Assembly (NCBI GenBank): GCA_964016885.1
Contig: OZ024742.1
Span: 332,878,001 to 332,942,000 of the forward strand
From: Eledone cirrhosa
Taxonomy: Eukaryota
Reading direction: 5' to 3'
DNA length: 64,000 nucleotides
Shown: positions 1 through 13,660 of the stretch, piece after piece
How the letters are laid out: the number at the start of each line of letters is the position of its first letter
Numbering within the stretch: the stretch's first letter is position 1
The notes under the pieces: generated by a model
Told to the model about the DNA's origin: nothing
Seen by the model: the letters and a program-made list of their open reading frames with translations, nothing else
Databases searched by the model: none
Translations under genes and position numbers: made by a program

Positions 1-1486
1 TACAAATATCTAGGCGTTTGTGAAGGAGACGGAATCAAGCACTCGACAATGATGGAAAGGATAAGGAAGGAATATTACCGCAGAGTAAGAGCAATCTTAA
101 GAACAGAATTGAATGCAATAAACACGCTTGCCATACCAGTAGTAACCTACAGTTACAATGTCATCAACTGGTCAAGCACAGAAATCCGTAGAATCGATAC
201 AAATTTAGAAAATTCTTAACCATGCACAGAATGCATCACCCTAAGGCAGATACAGATAGACTATATCTCTCTAGGAAAGAAGGGGGACGTGGGTTAATCA
301 AGTCAGACATTGCGTTGAAAACTGCAACAATTCGATTATCTACATATCTAAGGGAGGCACATGATTGGATTATCAAACTCGTTTTGAAACACGAAAGCAT
401 CAAAAGATCATACTCCATTACAAAAGATGCACAAAGATACAGTAATGGACTACACATTTCAGAAGTCCCATTTACTGCTGAAATGGAAAACACAGAAAAA
501 GCAAAGCAGGTAAAAGTAACTGCAAAGAAAGAACTGCTACAGAAACTGGCTAAGAAATGGCAAGAAAAGCCTCTGTATGGAAAATACCCAGAACGAGCTA
601 ACAATCCTGATGTTGACAAAATTTTAACCCATCAGTGGTTGGCATCCTCTGGACTGAAATCGGAGACTGAAGGACTGATTATATCAGCACAAGATCAGTG
701 TCTGCCAACACAAAATTACCAAGCCAACATAATAAAAAATAGATGCAGCCTATTATGCCATGTATGCAAAAAACAACCAGAGACCATTGACCATATAATT
801 TCAATGTGCAGTCCTATAGCTCCAACCGAATACTTAAACAGGCATGACAGAGCTGCACAATATATACATTGGATAATGTGTAAGCATTTTGACCTGCCCC
901 ATCAAAAGAATTGGTGGGAGCAGCAACCACCTCCCATACTTGAAAAAGATCACATCTCAATCTTGTGGAACCTTAGCATCCAAACAGACAGAAAAATAGA
1001 TGCAAATAGACCTGATATAATATTGAAGGACTTTAAAAAGAGGGTATGCCTGCTGATTGATATGTCCGTTCCAATAGACAAGAATGTATCTATAAAAACA
1101 TTTGAAAACTTGTGCAAGTATAAGGACCTGGAGATAGAAATTGGAAAAATGTGGAAATTGAGAACTAAAACAATACCAGTGGTTGTAGGCGCTCTAGGAA
1201 TGATACCTAAGGGGTCTAATGATTACTTAACGCAAATTCCAGGAAACCCGCGTATAGGAGAAATACAAAAGATAGTACTAATGGGAACTGCCCATATACT
1301 AAGGAAGATTCTGTCAATATAAGTACATCACAAGTCTAAACACCTAAAGACGCATGTCTGAGTATGTATGTTCTTTCTTGAACATGGAGGACCTTGTTGT
1401 CTCTTGAGGTCACTGGTTGTGACTTGGTGATAACTCGTATGAACATAAAGCAAGATAAATGCAGCTGTGTAATAATAATAATAATA
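1..1486 (+). mobile_element. R4/Dong-clade non-LTR retrotransposon, 3' part (RT thumb, CCHC finger, restriction-like endonuclease, 3' UTR, (TAA)n tail); runs off the window start
   Basis: ORF 222-1322 has CHVC..ETIDHI.SMC (CCHC), RHD, NRPDII, LIDMSVP and KYKDL (RLE motifs). Upstream sequence encodes YKYLGV with a frameshift near 200. The 3' UTR ends in aataataataataata at about 1470-1486. Confidence 0.9.
222..1322 (+). pseudogene. C-terminal part of R4/Dong-like RT-RLE polyprotein
   Basis: 366-aa ORF with LYLSRKEGGRGL, AQDQ, CCHC and PD..D RLE motifs; separated from upstream RT sequence by a frameshift. Confidence 0.85.
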
Positions 1487-2319
1487 GAAAACGCACATGG
1501 TGGATATATATCGTTATGGAATTGCTCCCGTAAGTTTTTGATTTTTACTTATTTAAAACAACTGTGATAGAATAATTCTTATTACAAATGAAGTATAAAA
1601 TTACTGGGTTTTTTTACGCTCAGCAAGTCATAACGCATGACTTTACGGCATAGGGCCCCAATATTTAATATTTAATTTTGGATCAGAAATGTTATAGTCG
1701 AAAAAGAGGAAAATGGCAAAATGGCTAAATGGCTAAGTGGACAGACAGGCAAATAATTTCACCACCAACACCACCACCGCCACCATCATCATTACCACGC
1801 CAAAAACTCTAGTCAAGTTACCTCAACTTCTATTTCTACTTCAACTTCAACACCATCACTACAGTACTACGATCACATCACCACCACCACTGCCTCATTA
1901 TCGCTACCGCCGCTATTCTCTCCCACTACCTCCTGCTAAGACATGCATCGCAGTGTCCCCACTAAAAGAGGAAAGCATCGAAAGATATAAATAGACTGAT
2001 TTGATGACCCGGTCAAAAAAAAAAAAAAAAAAAAAAAATAAATAAATAAATAAAAAAAAAAAAAAAAAAAAAAATAAAAAAAATAAAAAAAATAAAAAAA
2101 ATAAAAAAAAAAAAAAATAAAAATAAAAAAGCACAGCAACAACGAAAAACGTAAAGAAAAGTAAAATGAAAAGAAAAACAAACAAACGGACAGAGAAAGA
2201 AAAAAAAAAACTAAGTGAGACATTCAAACATTACATTAAAATGAAACTTATGCTTATTCTTTTTTTGTTTTTTTTTACCTATTTGTTTGTTTGTTCATTT
2301 ATGTTCGTCTACAGCGTGA

Positions 2320-5300
2320 TAGTGCCACACTAAAATCACCGGGGGTGATGAAATCACCGGTGGTTATGTAACCATACATTCACCAATCCTCGAATAACGG
2401 TGAAGTGAGGACTGGAATGTCATGTGACAGATTCTCACCCAGCAGGTGGTCCCTGGCTCAGCAGCAGGGACCTGGCTGTCAATCAAATACTGCTGGTGTC
2501 GGAGGAAGAAGAAGGAAAGGGACCAGAACCAACTGGACGAAAGACTTGAATATAACTGTTATGCAATGTTACCTGAATAGTAACCCCAAGGAGAAAGGCT
2601 ATAGGAAACGGATGCATAACATCTGGAAGGAGATTGGTCTATTTAAATTAGATGAACAAAAATTGGCCGGGCAGGCTCGGGTAATAAGAACTAATGGGTG
2701 GATAAGCGAGCTGGAACTGGAGGAACTGAGCAGAGAGATTAGGTTGGAGATGGAGAGTGGAGTATGCCAGGCAAACGAGCCAGTGGGAAATGAAGGTGAA
2801 GAGGAACCATCCGAAGCAGACAATGATCTGAATGCTGAAATAAATAATACCTGGAACAGAGATACGGCCATTGAGGAGATGAATGCTTACGGGCTAGGAC
2901 AAGATGTGGTTGATATCCTAAACTTAGTGGTAGATTAATTGAACAATGATAGTGGGAAACCTATGAACCTAAGATTTGTAGACAGGAAAAAGTTAAAAGA
3001 AACAACAGCTAAGGTAAACAAAGTCATCCCATACCTTGAGGTGAGGAGCTTTCACCGGTGCAACAATATCCTCAAAGCAGCAGCAAATGGGGTGAGGAAA
3101 TTACTTGGCATAAAAGCGAGAGGAAACAACAAACAAGAAAGATCAAAACCTTGGTGGAAGAAACGACTGAATGGTCAAATCAGGGAAATGAGAAATGACA
3201 TTGGAAAGCTTGAGTCCCTACTGAATGTGACACTAAAAAACATAGACACTAAAAATAGTCTGGAAATAAAGTACAAAACTAGGAGGAAAAAGCTAAATAT
3301 TATCATAGAGGAACTGAAGCATCGCATTGTAGCAAAGAGTACAACAATTAGGCGATACGAGAGCAGAGTCAGTCAGAATAGACAGAACCGCATGTTTGAC
3401 AACAACCAGAAGATGCTGTTTGGACAGCTTGAAGGGAAAGAAGGAGGCAACGACTTGATCCCTGAGGCGGAAGAAACTAAGACGTTCTGGAGTGGAATAT
3501 GGGAGCAGGATGTTAGACATAATGACCAGGCAGTGTGGATTGAGACAGTACAAAAGGAGATCAGTGAACAGGCACACCAACAAACTGATTTGAGTATCAC
3601 AGTTGAAACTCTTAATGGGGCAGGCCAGAAAAATAACCAACTGGAAATCATCAGGCCCAGATGGTGTGCAGTGGTATTGGATTAAAAATATAACATCCCT
3701 CCACCCGAAACTGACAAACATATTCAATGACTGCTTGATGTCAGCTGAGGTACCAGAGTGGTTGACAAAAGGTACCACAGTTCTGGTAATGAAAGACCGA
3801 ATCAAGGGTAATGATGTTACCAACTATAGACCAATCACATGTCTGTCCGTAATGTGTAAACTGTTGACAAGCATTATGTCTGAGGAAATCTACCATCACC
3901 TCCACACAAACAATTTGTTACCGGACGAACAGAAAGGATGCCGAAAGAAGTCCCGTGGTACAAAAGACCAGTTACTTATTGATAAAATGGTAATGAGGAA
4001 TTGCAAGAGGAGACACACTGGTCTTGCCATGGGATGGATAGACTACAAAAAGGCATTTGACATGGTGCCTCATTGTTGGATCATCAAAAGCCTAGAGATC
4101 TTGAAGGTGGCCGATAACATCAGACAGTTGTTGGGCAAAAGTATGAAGTCCTGGAAAACAGAGTTAACATCAGCTGGAGAATCCTTGGGAGGCGTGAAGA
4201 TCAAGAGAGGTATCTTCCAGGGAGATAGTCTGTCCCCTCTGTTGTTTGTCCTTGCCCTGATGCCCCTGACCATTATACTGCGAAAAGTGAGAGCAGGATA
4301 CAAGTTGGGAAAGGGCGAGCTTACCATCAATCACCTCCTCTTCATGGACGATCTTCAGCGCTTCGGGAAGAGTGAGAAGGAGTTGGATGTACTTGTTGAC
4401 ACTGTCCGTATTTTCAGCAATGATATATGTATGTAATTTGGTATTAGTAAGTGTGGAGTGCTAGTGATGAAGAGGGAAAATTGAGCAGAAGCAACGGAAT
4501 CCAGGTACCAACAGGTGAGATGATAAAGGAAATTGACACTGAAGAAGGATACAATTATTTGGGTGTTCTGGAGGCTGATGACATCAAGAACAAACAAATG
4601 AAGGAATTGATAACATCTGAATACATTCGGAGAGTAAGGAGCGTATTAAAGTCACATCTGAACAGTAGGAATGCCATAAGTGCAGTAAATTCCCGAGCTG
4701 TGTCTATTATTAGGTACAGTGCGGGAATTCTGAGATGGAATGTTGCTGAACAAAAAGAAAGGAAAGGAAGACAAGGAAGCTATTAACTATCTACAACATG
4801 TTCAACAAGAGGAGTGATGTCGATAGACTCTACTTAAGGAGATCTGAAGGTGGAAGAGGTCTTATCAGCATAGAGGACTGTGTTCAGATGGAGAAAAACA
4901 AGGAGGAGGCTAGCCCACTGTGCAGGATCTGTGGAGAGAGAGAGGAGACTGTGGCTCACATTGTATCCTAGTGTAAACACCTAGCCCCGACTCACTATAA
5001 GGGCTGGAAACATGATGTGATGGGCACCTATGCAAATTAAACAATTTACCACATTCTGAGAAGTGGTATGAGCATAAGCCAGAGTCGGTGATAGAAAACG
5101 ATCAGGTGAAGGTGCTGTGGGATTTAAGGATACAGACGGGCATGAAACTGGAACACAATAGACCTGACCTGGTGGTTTTGGACAAGGAAAAAAGATCGTA
5201 CCTGATTGTGGATGTGGCCTGCCCATTCGACATGAGAGTGCAAGAGAAGGAGAGGGAGAAAATTAACCGATACCAGGACTTAAAGTGGGAGGTAAAAAGG

Positions 5301-5589
5301 ATTTGGAACTGCCATGAAGTCAAATGGTCCCGATTGTCATAGGCGCACTAGGTACTATCTCAAAAGGTTTCCAGGGATGATTAAAGAAAATTGACCCCTT
5401 CACGCTTTTTGGAACGCTTCAAAAGGGATGCTTGCTGGGAACAGCAAGAACCATCCGATACGTCCTGAATATCTGAGGCTGCAGGAAGTGGCTTGATATT
5501 CATTTCAACAAACTTTCCAGTTAACTAACAACAATGACTGAGACTCAAAGAGTAATAACAATAATAACAATAATAATAATAATAATAAC

Positions 5590-5630
<41 letters not shown>

Positions 5631-5640
5631 TAATAATAAT
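2320..5640 (+). mobile_element. Second R4/Dong-clade family, near full-length but degenerate (stops, frameshifts, internal deletion near 4900), (TAA)n tail 5552-5640
   Basis: ORF pieces 2405-2938 (GYRKRMHNIW..EQKLAGQAR), 2939-3685 (PWWKKRL), 3603-4436 (NYRPITCL, WIDYKKAFD, GIFQGDSLSPLLF, LFMDD), 4451-4786 (YNYLGV), 5088-5342 (NRPDLVV, VDVACP, RYQDL). The 5' boundary is approximate. Confidence 0.88.
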
Positions 5641-8600
5641 GATTTCTTTATTGGCCACAAGTCTGACATCAAGAAAAAACATTACAGACGACACAGGACG
5701 GTACAGGACGGTACGATGTGGGTTTTGTGCGAGTAAATATTTTTATTATTTATATAAGAAAATAAAAATAGGACATAGAAACATATATATACATAAACAA
5801 TAAAAATGAAAATTGAAACAATGAAAAATTCTTCAATGGTGGGTAAACCTCCGAGGGTTACTCGTGGCGAAAACCACACAAAAGACCACGGCCACCCTGA
5901 CCACCAGGGCAAGCGCTCTCTCTCAATTTTTCCATCTCTCAAACTACAGACGTATATTCAGAGTGGTCCCGTTTACTCGCTCCATTCTCGCTACATTCAC
6001 CCATCTTTCAAAAAACTTGCTAGAGAAGGCAGCACTTGCCTCTCCACCCTGATTTTCCTCTTCAAGTGAAACTTGAAAATGATAATCAGGGATTCGCTGA
6101 AGAGGAAAGTGTCTGTCTTTAACCCTTTTAACCTTGTCCACCACACAATCTCTTTCGCCATGGCCACCAGGCAGATGAAAACTGCCTCCCCTTCCTCCTC
6201 GAAGGAAGACGGCGAGACCATCCGCACAATGGACTCAGTCGACAACCGGATCAGTCCCACACGCGACAGCAACTGTTCAACATAGCTTCACAAGTCAGCA
6301 ATGCTCGGGCACTGAACGAGTGCGTGCACAACGGTTTCGTCGGTCTGCGCGCATCTCAGACAGGCTCGTCTGACGGCACTTCCGTGCCTGTAAAGCTTAT
6401 CTCGAACCGGCAGGGCTTCTCGGTAGGGATTTTTGGAAGTTATCCATAAGTATCCATAGGCTCTGGGCTGAAAGTTCTCCGGAAGAGAGCAAACAGCTGA
6501 TCTTCTTCGACGCCCGGGATCTCTCCGAGAACGTCGTCGCTCTTCTCCTCCACTAGTCCTCTATAGAACGCCAAGGTGGATGTTCCACCGATACTGGTGG
6601 CCAGCTGGCAGAGGGCAGTGAGCGCCTGGAGACATTCCAGTTTCCAAGCGCTATCCCTCGGTCTTTTTCTGACCCAGGACTGCAGCTCCGTCAAGGAGAC
6701 GAGCTGTGGGAAAACGTGCCTGGCGAACGGCGACCACACCTGTTCACCATCAATGAAGCACCAGAGATGTCGCAGCCTCAGCGCATGTTTGCGCATTGAA
6801 GAGGGATACAAATATTTGGGTGTTCTGGAGGCACATGATATAAAGAACAATAAAATGAAGGAATTGGTAAGATCTGAATACATAAGGAGAGTAAGGAACA
6901 TACTAAAATCACATCTAAATAGTAAGAATGTCATAAGTGCTGTAAATTCCCGGGCTGTGTCTATTATTAGGTACAGTGCGGGAATTCTGAAATGGAGTGT
7001 TACTGAGCAAGAAAAAAATGGATAGAAAGACTAGGAAGCTAATGACTACCAACAGCATATTCCACAATAGGAGTGATATTGATAGTGTCTACTTAAATTG
7101 ATCTAAAAGTGGAAGCGGCCATATCAGCATAAAGGACTGTGTTTAGATGGAGAAATGAAGTCTGCACAAATATGTGTCTGAGAGTTAGCAGCCAATGCAC
7201 AAAGTAGTACTGAAAAAGAGGACAATAGACTCGAATTTCCTAATGTGGATGATAACAACCCAGGGCCGACTCAGGTATCCCATCAATCATGAACCACCCG
7301 ACGCTTCGAGAGCACTCAGGAAAGGCACCATACTCCTCCTCAATTTAACTAGCCTACAGGCGTATGCTGAGAGTAGTGCCATTCACATGGGCAATTCTCG
7401 CCCCTTCCGTTCTGCTGCTAGTTGCAGTAGACGTCTGCCAAGAGGTCTTCGAACAATTCTGGCCTATGTATGTAACATTTGTAGGGCAGACCATCCAAAC
7501 CAGGCGATTTACCCATTGTGCAGCTATTCATTGCTTCCCGTACTTTAGGAGCTGTTATCGGCTTTCGCAACACTCCGCCTCAGTTGCCGAGACCCGCGGC
7601 AGTCCATCGAGGTAGGCACTGAAGTCTATTCCGCGATGCGGCCCGCCATTGCCTCCGAATAGCAAGCAAAGTGCCGCTGAAAAGCCGCACACATCTGCCC
7701 GGGATTGAGTATCATATGCCCGTCGTGGTTCTCCAAAGACCGGATCGTGGCTTTGTTGCCACGACGCGTCTCCGCCACCCGGGCCCATTGAACGGCTTTT
7801 TCCCCCTCGTGTCTGAGAGCACGCACCCTAGCACTGACAACACAGCCTTCGTGCTTTGCATTGAAAAATTGGTCGAGAGCCAATTTTGCTGCAAGCACGT
7901 CGGTCGCGATGCCTTTATTAAGAGCTTTGTCTAATTTGTTAACTAGATTTCCTTCTGCTCTATTTTTCTCTGTTACTAGCGCTTTACTAAACCTAATGGA
8001 TCCTATCCCTAATCACTCCTTTCAAGGCAAACCACCATTTGTAGTTTACGATGGCCCCTGTCAACGCCCGCTTAACTAATTCGCTAATCACGTCTCTGTA
8101 AGCTTTGCGCGCTGTTAACGACGCGTGTTAGGTTCCAGTAGCCGGGTCCCTGTCTATGAAGTATATCTAAGTCAATCACACTGATCGCGAATTTGTGGTC
8201 GGTGTAGCTGACTATCTTGAATTGTGGACAGCCTATGCTAGACCTATATATTTCCCTACAAAATACTCTATCTAGATATAATCTGGATGACCCGATACGG
8301 TTTGTCCAAGTCCACATTGGCACATTCGGGAAATCCAATGGGTAACTGTCCGACAGTTGAAAAAGCCTGAGTAGGTTCGTGAGGCTTTTACACCCTCCTC
8401 CCCTATTCGCTAGTCCCACAGAACCCCAGTGTGCATTTAAGATCCCGTTCCAGTCGCTTACTAACACTAGTGAGCGGGACGTTTCAAGAAAGGTCTCCAG
8501 ACGCCGGAAGAATTCAGGCCGTCCTGCTCCTATTGGGGCATAGGCGGCCACTAGCCAAAAAGCGTGTCCTTCTCCGCTGGTTACGTCCAGTACCGCCAAC

Positions 8601-10790
8601 TTACCCTCGAGATCCAGACTTCTCCGGAACAACACGACCATCTATACAGGACGCCTTGGAGATGTTTACATCTCGTAGCCGCCGAAAATGGTCTCGCTGA
8701 TGGCCACAACATCTATGTTTAGCGAGAGGGGAGAGGTACAAAAATTACCTGTGGCTCTTTTTTAGGAAGGGGGTGGGTGATCCATCCCTCCGACCATTGG
8801 TGGGTTTCTCCACGAGAATATCCGCGAATATTCTTTTGGTGATGTTCCTTTGGTAGTCTCCAATTGATGTGGGGAACATTTTTTTTTATGTTATGTAATT
8901 TTTTTGTGTGATTTCTATTATTTTTAAGTGTGTGGGGTGTGCAATTTTGGTGGTTTGTACGTAGTTTGTTTCTGTGATATTGGTGTGATGTTGAATGTAA
9001 TTTAAAAGCTTTGTGTTGTCTGTGTCTATAGCTGTGTATTGTGTCTGCTGTTGTGGTGTTGGTGCTTTCTGTGTTTGCTGTCGTGTTGCTGGAGGTGACG
9101 ATGGGGTAGATGCTAAGGGTTGCGGTGGTGGTGGTGGTGATGCTGTTAGTGGTGTTGCTGATGGTATAAGTGATTGTGGGGGTGTGGCTGTTGATGGTGG
9201 TGGAGGAGGTGGGGTAGTTTTAATTTTCTTTCTTTTTAGGGTTCTTTCTTCCCCTTTTATTGGGGAGGGGATGATGGTAGGGAGTTCTTCCTTTTTTTGT
9301 TGTTGGAATAGTCCTCCACTTTTCGGCCTCATCGCACTTCTTGTCAGATTTAGCTATATCAGAAATGGTTATGCTTTCCATTGGTTCTGTGGGTGTGGAA
9401 GAGATAGTGCTTTTGTTGTTGGGGAGGGTGATTTCTCTTCTGCTACTGTGGTCTTTGTTTGTTTGTCCGCTCCTGTTGTGGGGCACGGCGTGGAAAGAAG
9501 CAGTGGGTGCTTGCATGTTTTGGTGAGTTTGGGGCAGTATGCCTTAAGGTACGTATTGTCACCGTATCCAAGACACCTTAGGCGCCTACCTTCGACAGTC
9601 ACGAGTAGATGGCTGCCGTCGTCCAGGTCTACTACATCGGGGATGGCCTCAATGCTCTCATGGTTTGCTTGGATGATTAGCTCCATCCCTGACCCTGTCC
9701 AATTTTCCTGTCTTATTCGCATGACGTTGAGTATGGTTGTTGAATCCTCAACGTCAGCGAGGACGGCCGCCGTCAACCAACGCTATCTCCACTGAGGGCG
9801 GACCTGGACCACACGAACCCTCACGGCACTCTGGCCGCAGTATGTGGGCATCATTATGATTTAGTCACTGCTGAGTGGCGCAATGGAGTGTGCTCTGGCT
9901 TCTTCAGGTGTAGCGAAGAGCACAACCACAGTGCCATATCTCCATCCCCGGGCTATGTATGTTGTCTGTGCCCAGACGATACCCATAGCACTTTGGACCT
10001 GTGACTCCGTTGCCCGTTCAACTCGCCGCGATTTTGATCCGATCGTGTGATAACTGACTGAACACAAAATCTTGTTTCTTATTATCTCAGCTGGGTGGGT
10101 GAGACTTACCCTGTGTCCGGTCTTTTTAACCAAGACCTTTGCTTGTTTTATTTCTTCGTTAGTGATGTGTACTTGTTCAAAATTGATTGTCGCTTTAGCG
10201 AAAGATGTGTTTGTTTTGATTTGTGTTGACTCATCACTAGTTTTGTCTTTGTTGGTGTTTTTTTTTCCCTCTGTGTTGCTGCTGTTATAGTTGTTGTTCT
10301 TTGGGTTCTTTATGGCTGTTGCTGTTGTTATTGTTGTTATTGGGGTGGTGGTGGTGTTTGATTTTTCTACCGTAGGGAAGTTTTCGTTGTAATTTCCACT
10401 ACTGCTACTACTGTTCCAGTGGCTGCTGCTGTTGCTGTCCCCACCACTGTCACTGTCGCTGCTACTGCTACTGCTGCTGTTACTCTTGATTTTTACTTTG
10501 CCTTGTGATTGGGTGGAAATGTATGTTCCAGCCTCCGAACAACTCTCTGTTCCTCCCTGTGTACAACTTTTTTTTGTCCGCCATGTTCTTTTTAAACAAA
10601 CTAGGGGGGGGGGGGTATGATTGTAAATAAATGCAAATTTAGCCCTCAAGAGCGCGAGATACAATTTAAAAACCACCTCCTTTGACAGAGGGGTTCTTTA
10701 ACTACACACTAATGTAAAAAATAGTATATAGAACTTTCGATAACTCATAAAAATTCAACTAACTTACTCCGCCGTAGTTACCACCGTCTC
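5641..10790 (-). mobile_element. Tx1/L1-clade LINE, degenerate copy; RT core missing
   Basis: Minus-strand ORF pieces match the copy at 39294-45194: ORF1 (9861-10676, 9369-9776), APE endonuclease (8084-8641: LVSDWN, LDRVF, TDH), 7626-7898 and the C-terminus (5997-6272, 6440-6934). The 3' end is AATAAAGAAATC followed by (ATT)n. Confidence 0.88.
6797..7230 (+). mobile_element. Internal fragment of R4/Dong family 2 embedded in the Tx1-like LINE
   Basis: Encodes EEGYKYLGVLEAHDIKNNKMKELVRSEYIRRVR..., homologous to 4540-4895. Confidence 0.85.
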
Positions 10791-10952
10791 ATAATAATTG
10801 TTTCTACTTTAGGCACAAGGCCAGCAACTACCCAGTACATTACTGGTACTTTATTTTATCGACCCCCGTAAGGATGAAAGGCAAAGTTAACCTCGGCGGG
10901 ATTTGAACTCAGAATGTGAAGGGACGTAACTATGCTAGAAAGCATGGCGTCC
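10791..10952 (-). mobile_element. tRNA-derived SINE copy
   Basis: Reverse complement of the 35111-35300 copy: B box gagttcaaatccc, core tttgcctttcatccttacggggtcgataaaat, 3' end gtgcctaaagtagaaacaattatt. Confidence 0.85.
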
Positions 10953-11095
10953 AATAACAACAAATAATAATATTAATAATAATAATAAATGTGAAGACTA
11001 AAATCCAAAGAGGGCTCGATAAAGATAAATATATTTCAAATATATAAGAACCCTAGAGCAAATATATATATATATGTATATATATATATACATAC

Positions 11096-11497
<402 letters not shown>

Positions 11498-13505
11498 TGT
11501 CTCTACCCTCGGATTTCTTCGGCATTTTGAAATATCCTATTAAGGATAAAATTTCGAGTTTCGAAGTCGTCAGGAAACAAACTCATAGGACAAGTAATTT
11601 TCTAAAGCGATCCCCGACAGAAACAGATTTAAAATTGCTAAGAATCGTGACGTGTCAGTGGTCAAGTCAGAAAGAATGTGATTAGTTGCTTACGGCGAGT
11701 GGGCTGGTTGCTAGAAAGCGCAGCCCAATATTGCCAAAATTGCATCTCAACCTAATGGGAGATTATTAAATATAAAGATTTACATATACACAAACTAAAC
11801 AAAGTCACAGATATATATGTGTTTTGGCAACCTTTCATGATGTGGCTCAATGATGAATTAATAAATTAAATAATCAGAGCAATCCAATGTAAGCATAATA
11901 ATCAGAGCAATTCAATGTAAGCATAATTTAAAAGAACTTTTAGAATATATATATATATATATATGAAGCGAGAAAGTGAGATATGAATATCAAAGTTGAT
12001 GTTGGCAGGGTTTGAATCCGGAGAGCAATGCTCCCAGAATGCGGTGTATCCGAATCTGCAGATTTCCTGTTAATTCACCGCCTTTAGTTCCTGTGTTATG
12101 TAACGTATCATCACATGATGAATATTCCTAAAACGGTTTCACTAATCAATAGGTGTTAAACATATATGGGAAACAAGAACTGAGTTAATCAAAGAAAGAA
12201 TCTCGAGTTAAATTATTTCTGTGAAGCAATAGTATAAGCAAAATATATCAGTAACGCTGTTATCAAGCATTGCAGAATTCGAATGTAATTATTTATAGCA
12301 GTGATTTTATTCAAATATCTAGCATGCAAACTTTGCACCATATTCAAAACAATATTATTTTCGTAACTATCAATATAAACGTGGATTTAATTCATTTACT
12401 TTGCACTTTTTTTCGTTTTAAATTTAAATTCAAAATTTAATTAAAATATGTACATAAAATGTGAAAAATAATATAACACTGAGGGAAAATTAAGTTTAAT
12501 ATTTTAATAGGAAAGGAAAGGAATTCAATGTAAGCATAATTTAAAAGAACTTTTAGAATAGATGGACATTTCTAGAGTAAACACCTGTTTTGACGTGAGA
12601 AACAGAAAACTGAAGTTACGAAAATACAAGCGAAAAGACAGAAGCGAATATGAAAAATATCTTATATTTAAGTATATATATATTATGTGTGTGTGAGTTT
12701 AAACATATACAATTTGAATCTACAGAAACAGCGAAAAGTATCTGTAAACTCATACATTTTTAACATGGCATGTCATAACCAAGCATGTTTTTGTAGATAA
12801 AAAAGAATGAAGAGTTGACACGTGTTTCAATTCTTATTAAAAACATCCCCAAAATTTGTTTACATATCTCACTAGCTACATATGTTTTTACCTTAAGGTT
12901 TCATATGCCCATCAATTGCGGTGTTATATATTCTGTATACTAGTGAATTTAAGATTGATTTAGTATACGTATAACTACAGTTGTGAATTATGAAACCCCC
13001 TTTCACCGAAAAGTTTACAAATGAGAGTTGTTACACCTACAAAACTTATACTTTATTGTTTGATTGAAATGTTTTGTATGAAGTGTCAAAGTGTTACCAC
13101 CCTTTTCCTCCAGCGAAAATGACGAAATGCCACTACATCTATTGAAAATCAAACATAGCTGAGATTCTCTTAACTTTTCTGGGCCGTTTCCATTTTCTTT
13201 TTCCTTTCCATTGTTTCTTTTTCTGAATCCCAATCATTTTCGCCATACCAGTTTGATATACAAATTTGTAGTTTTTGTTTTTCGGGGCATTTAAAGAACT
13301 TTCCGCCGATTACATATAGTTGATAAAGTGTTGCATATCTGTTCTGGCTCTCAGCGATCTGCTTTTCAAATCCGATCAAGAAACATTTTACCGTTCACAC
13401 GTTCGTGCTTGGATATAGTATTACAGTTGTCCTTTGCGTATGCGCCAAATGAATTTGTTGAGCAAATTGAAAACAAGAAGATCGAAATTATTATTATCAT
13501 TATTG

Positions 13506-13660
13506 GGCAAAGTTAACCTCAAATCCCGCCGAGGTTAACTTTGCCTTTCATCCTTACGGGGTCGATAAAATAATGCACCAGTAATATACTGGAGTCGATT
13601 TATTGGACTTTCCCTTCCCCCAAATTACTGGCCCTGTGCCTATACTAGAAAGCATTATTA
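13506..13660 (+). mobile_element. SINE copy, 5'-truncated, with a short inverted 5' segment
   Basis: ggcaaagttaacctc-aaatcccgcc-gaggttaactttgcc, then the SINE core and 3' end. Confidence 0.8.

Noticed and set aside
2014-2210. Poly(A) tail of a retrocopy
   Set aside because: No identifiable upstream element or TSD; could be a simple A-rich tract or low-quality sequence.
9013-9795. 260-aa plus-strand ORF and other antisense ORFs over the LINEs
   Set aside because: Shadow frames of minus-strand LINE ORF1/ORF2 with low-complexity content.
11551-11580. Minus-strand CTGACGA-cttc-GAAA hammerhead-like string
   Set aside because: No room for stem II or helix III; may be chance.
11910-12560. 39-bp direct repeat (aattcaatgtaagcataatttaaaagaacttttagaata) as the TSD of an insertion
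   Set aside because: The enclosed sequence has no recognisable element features; a local duplication explains it equally well.
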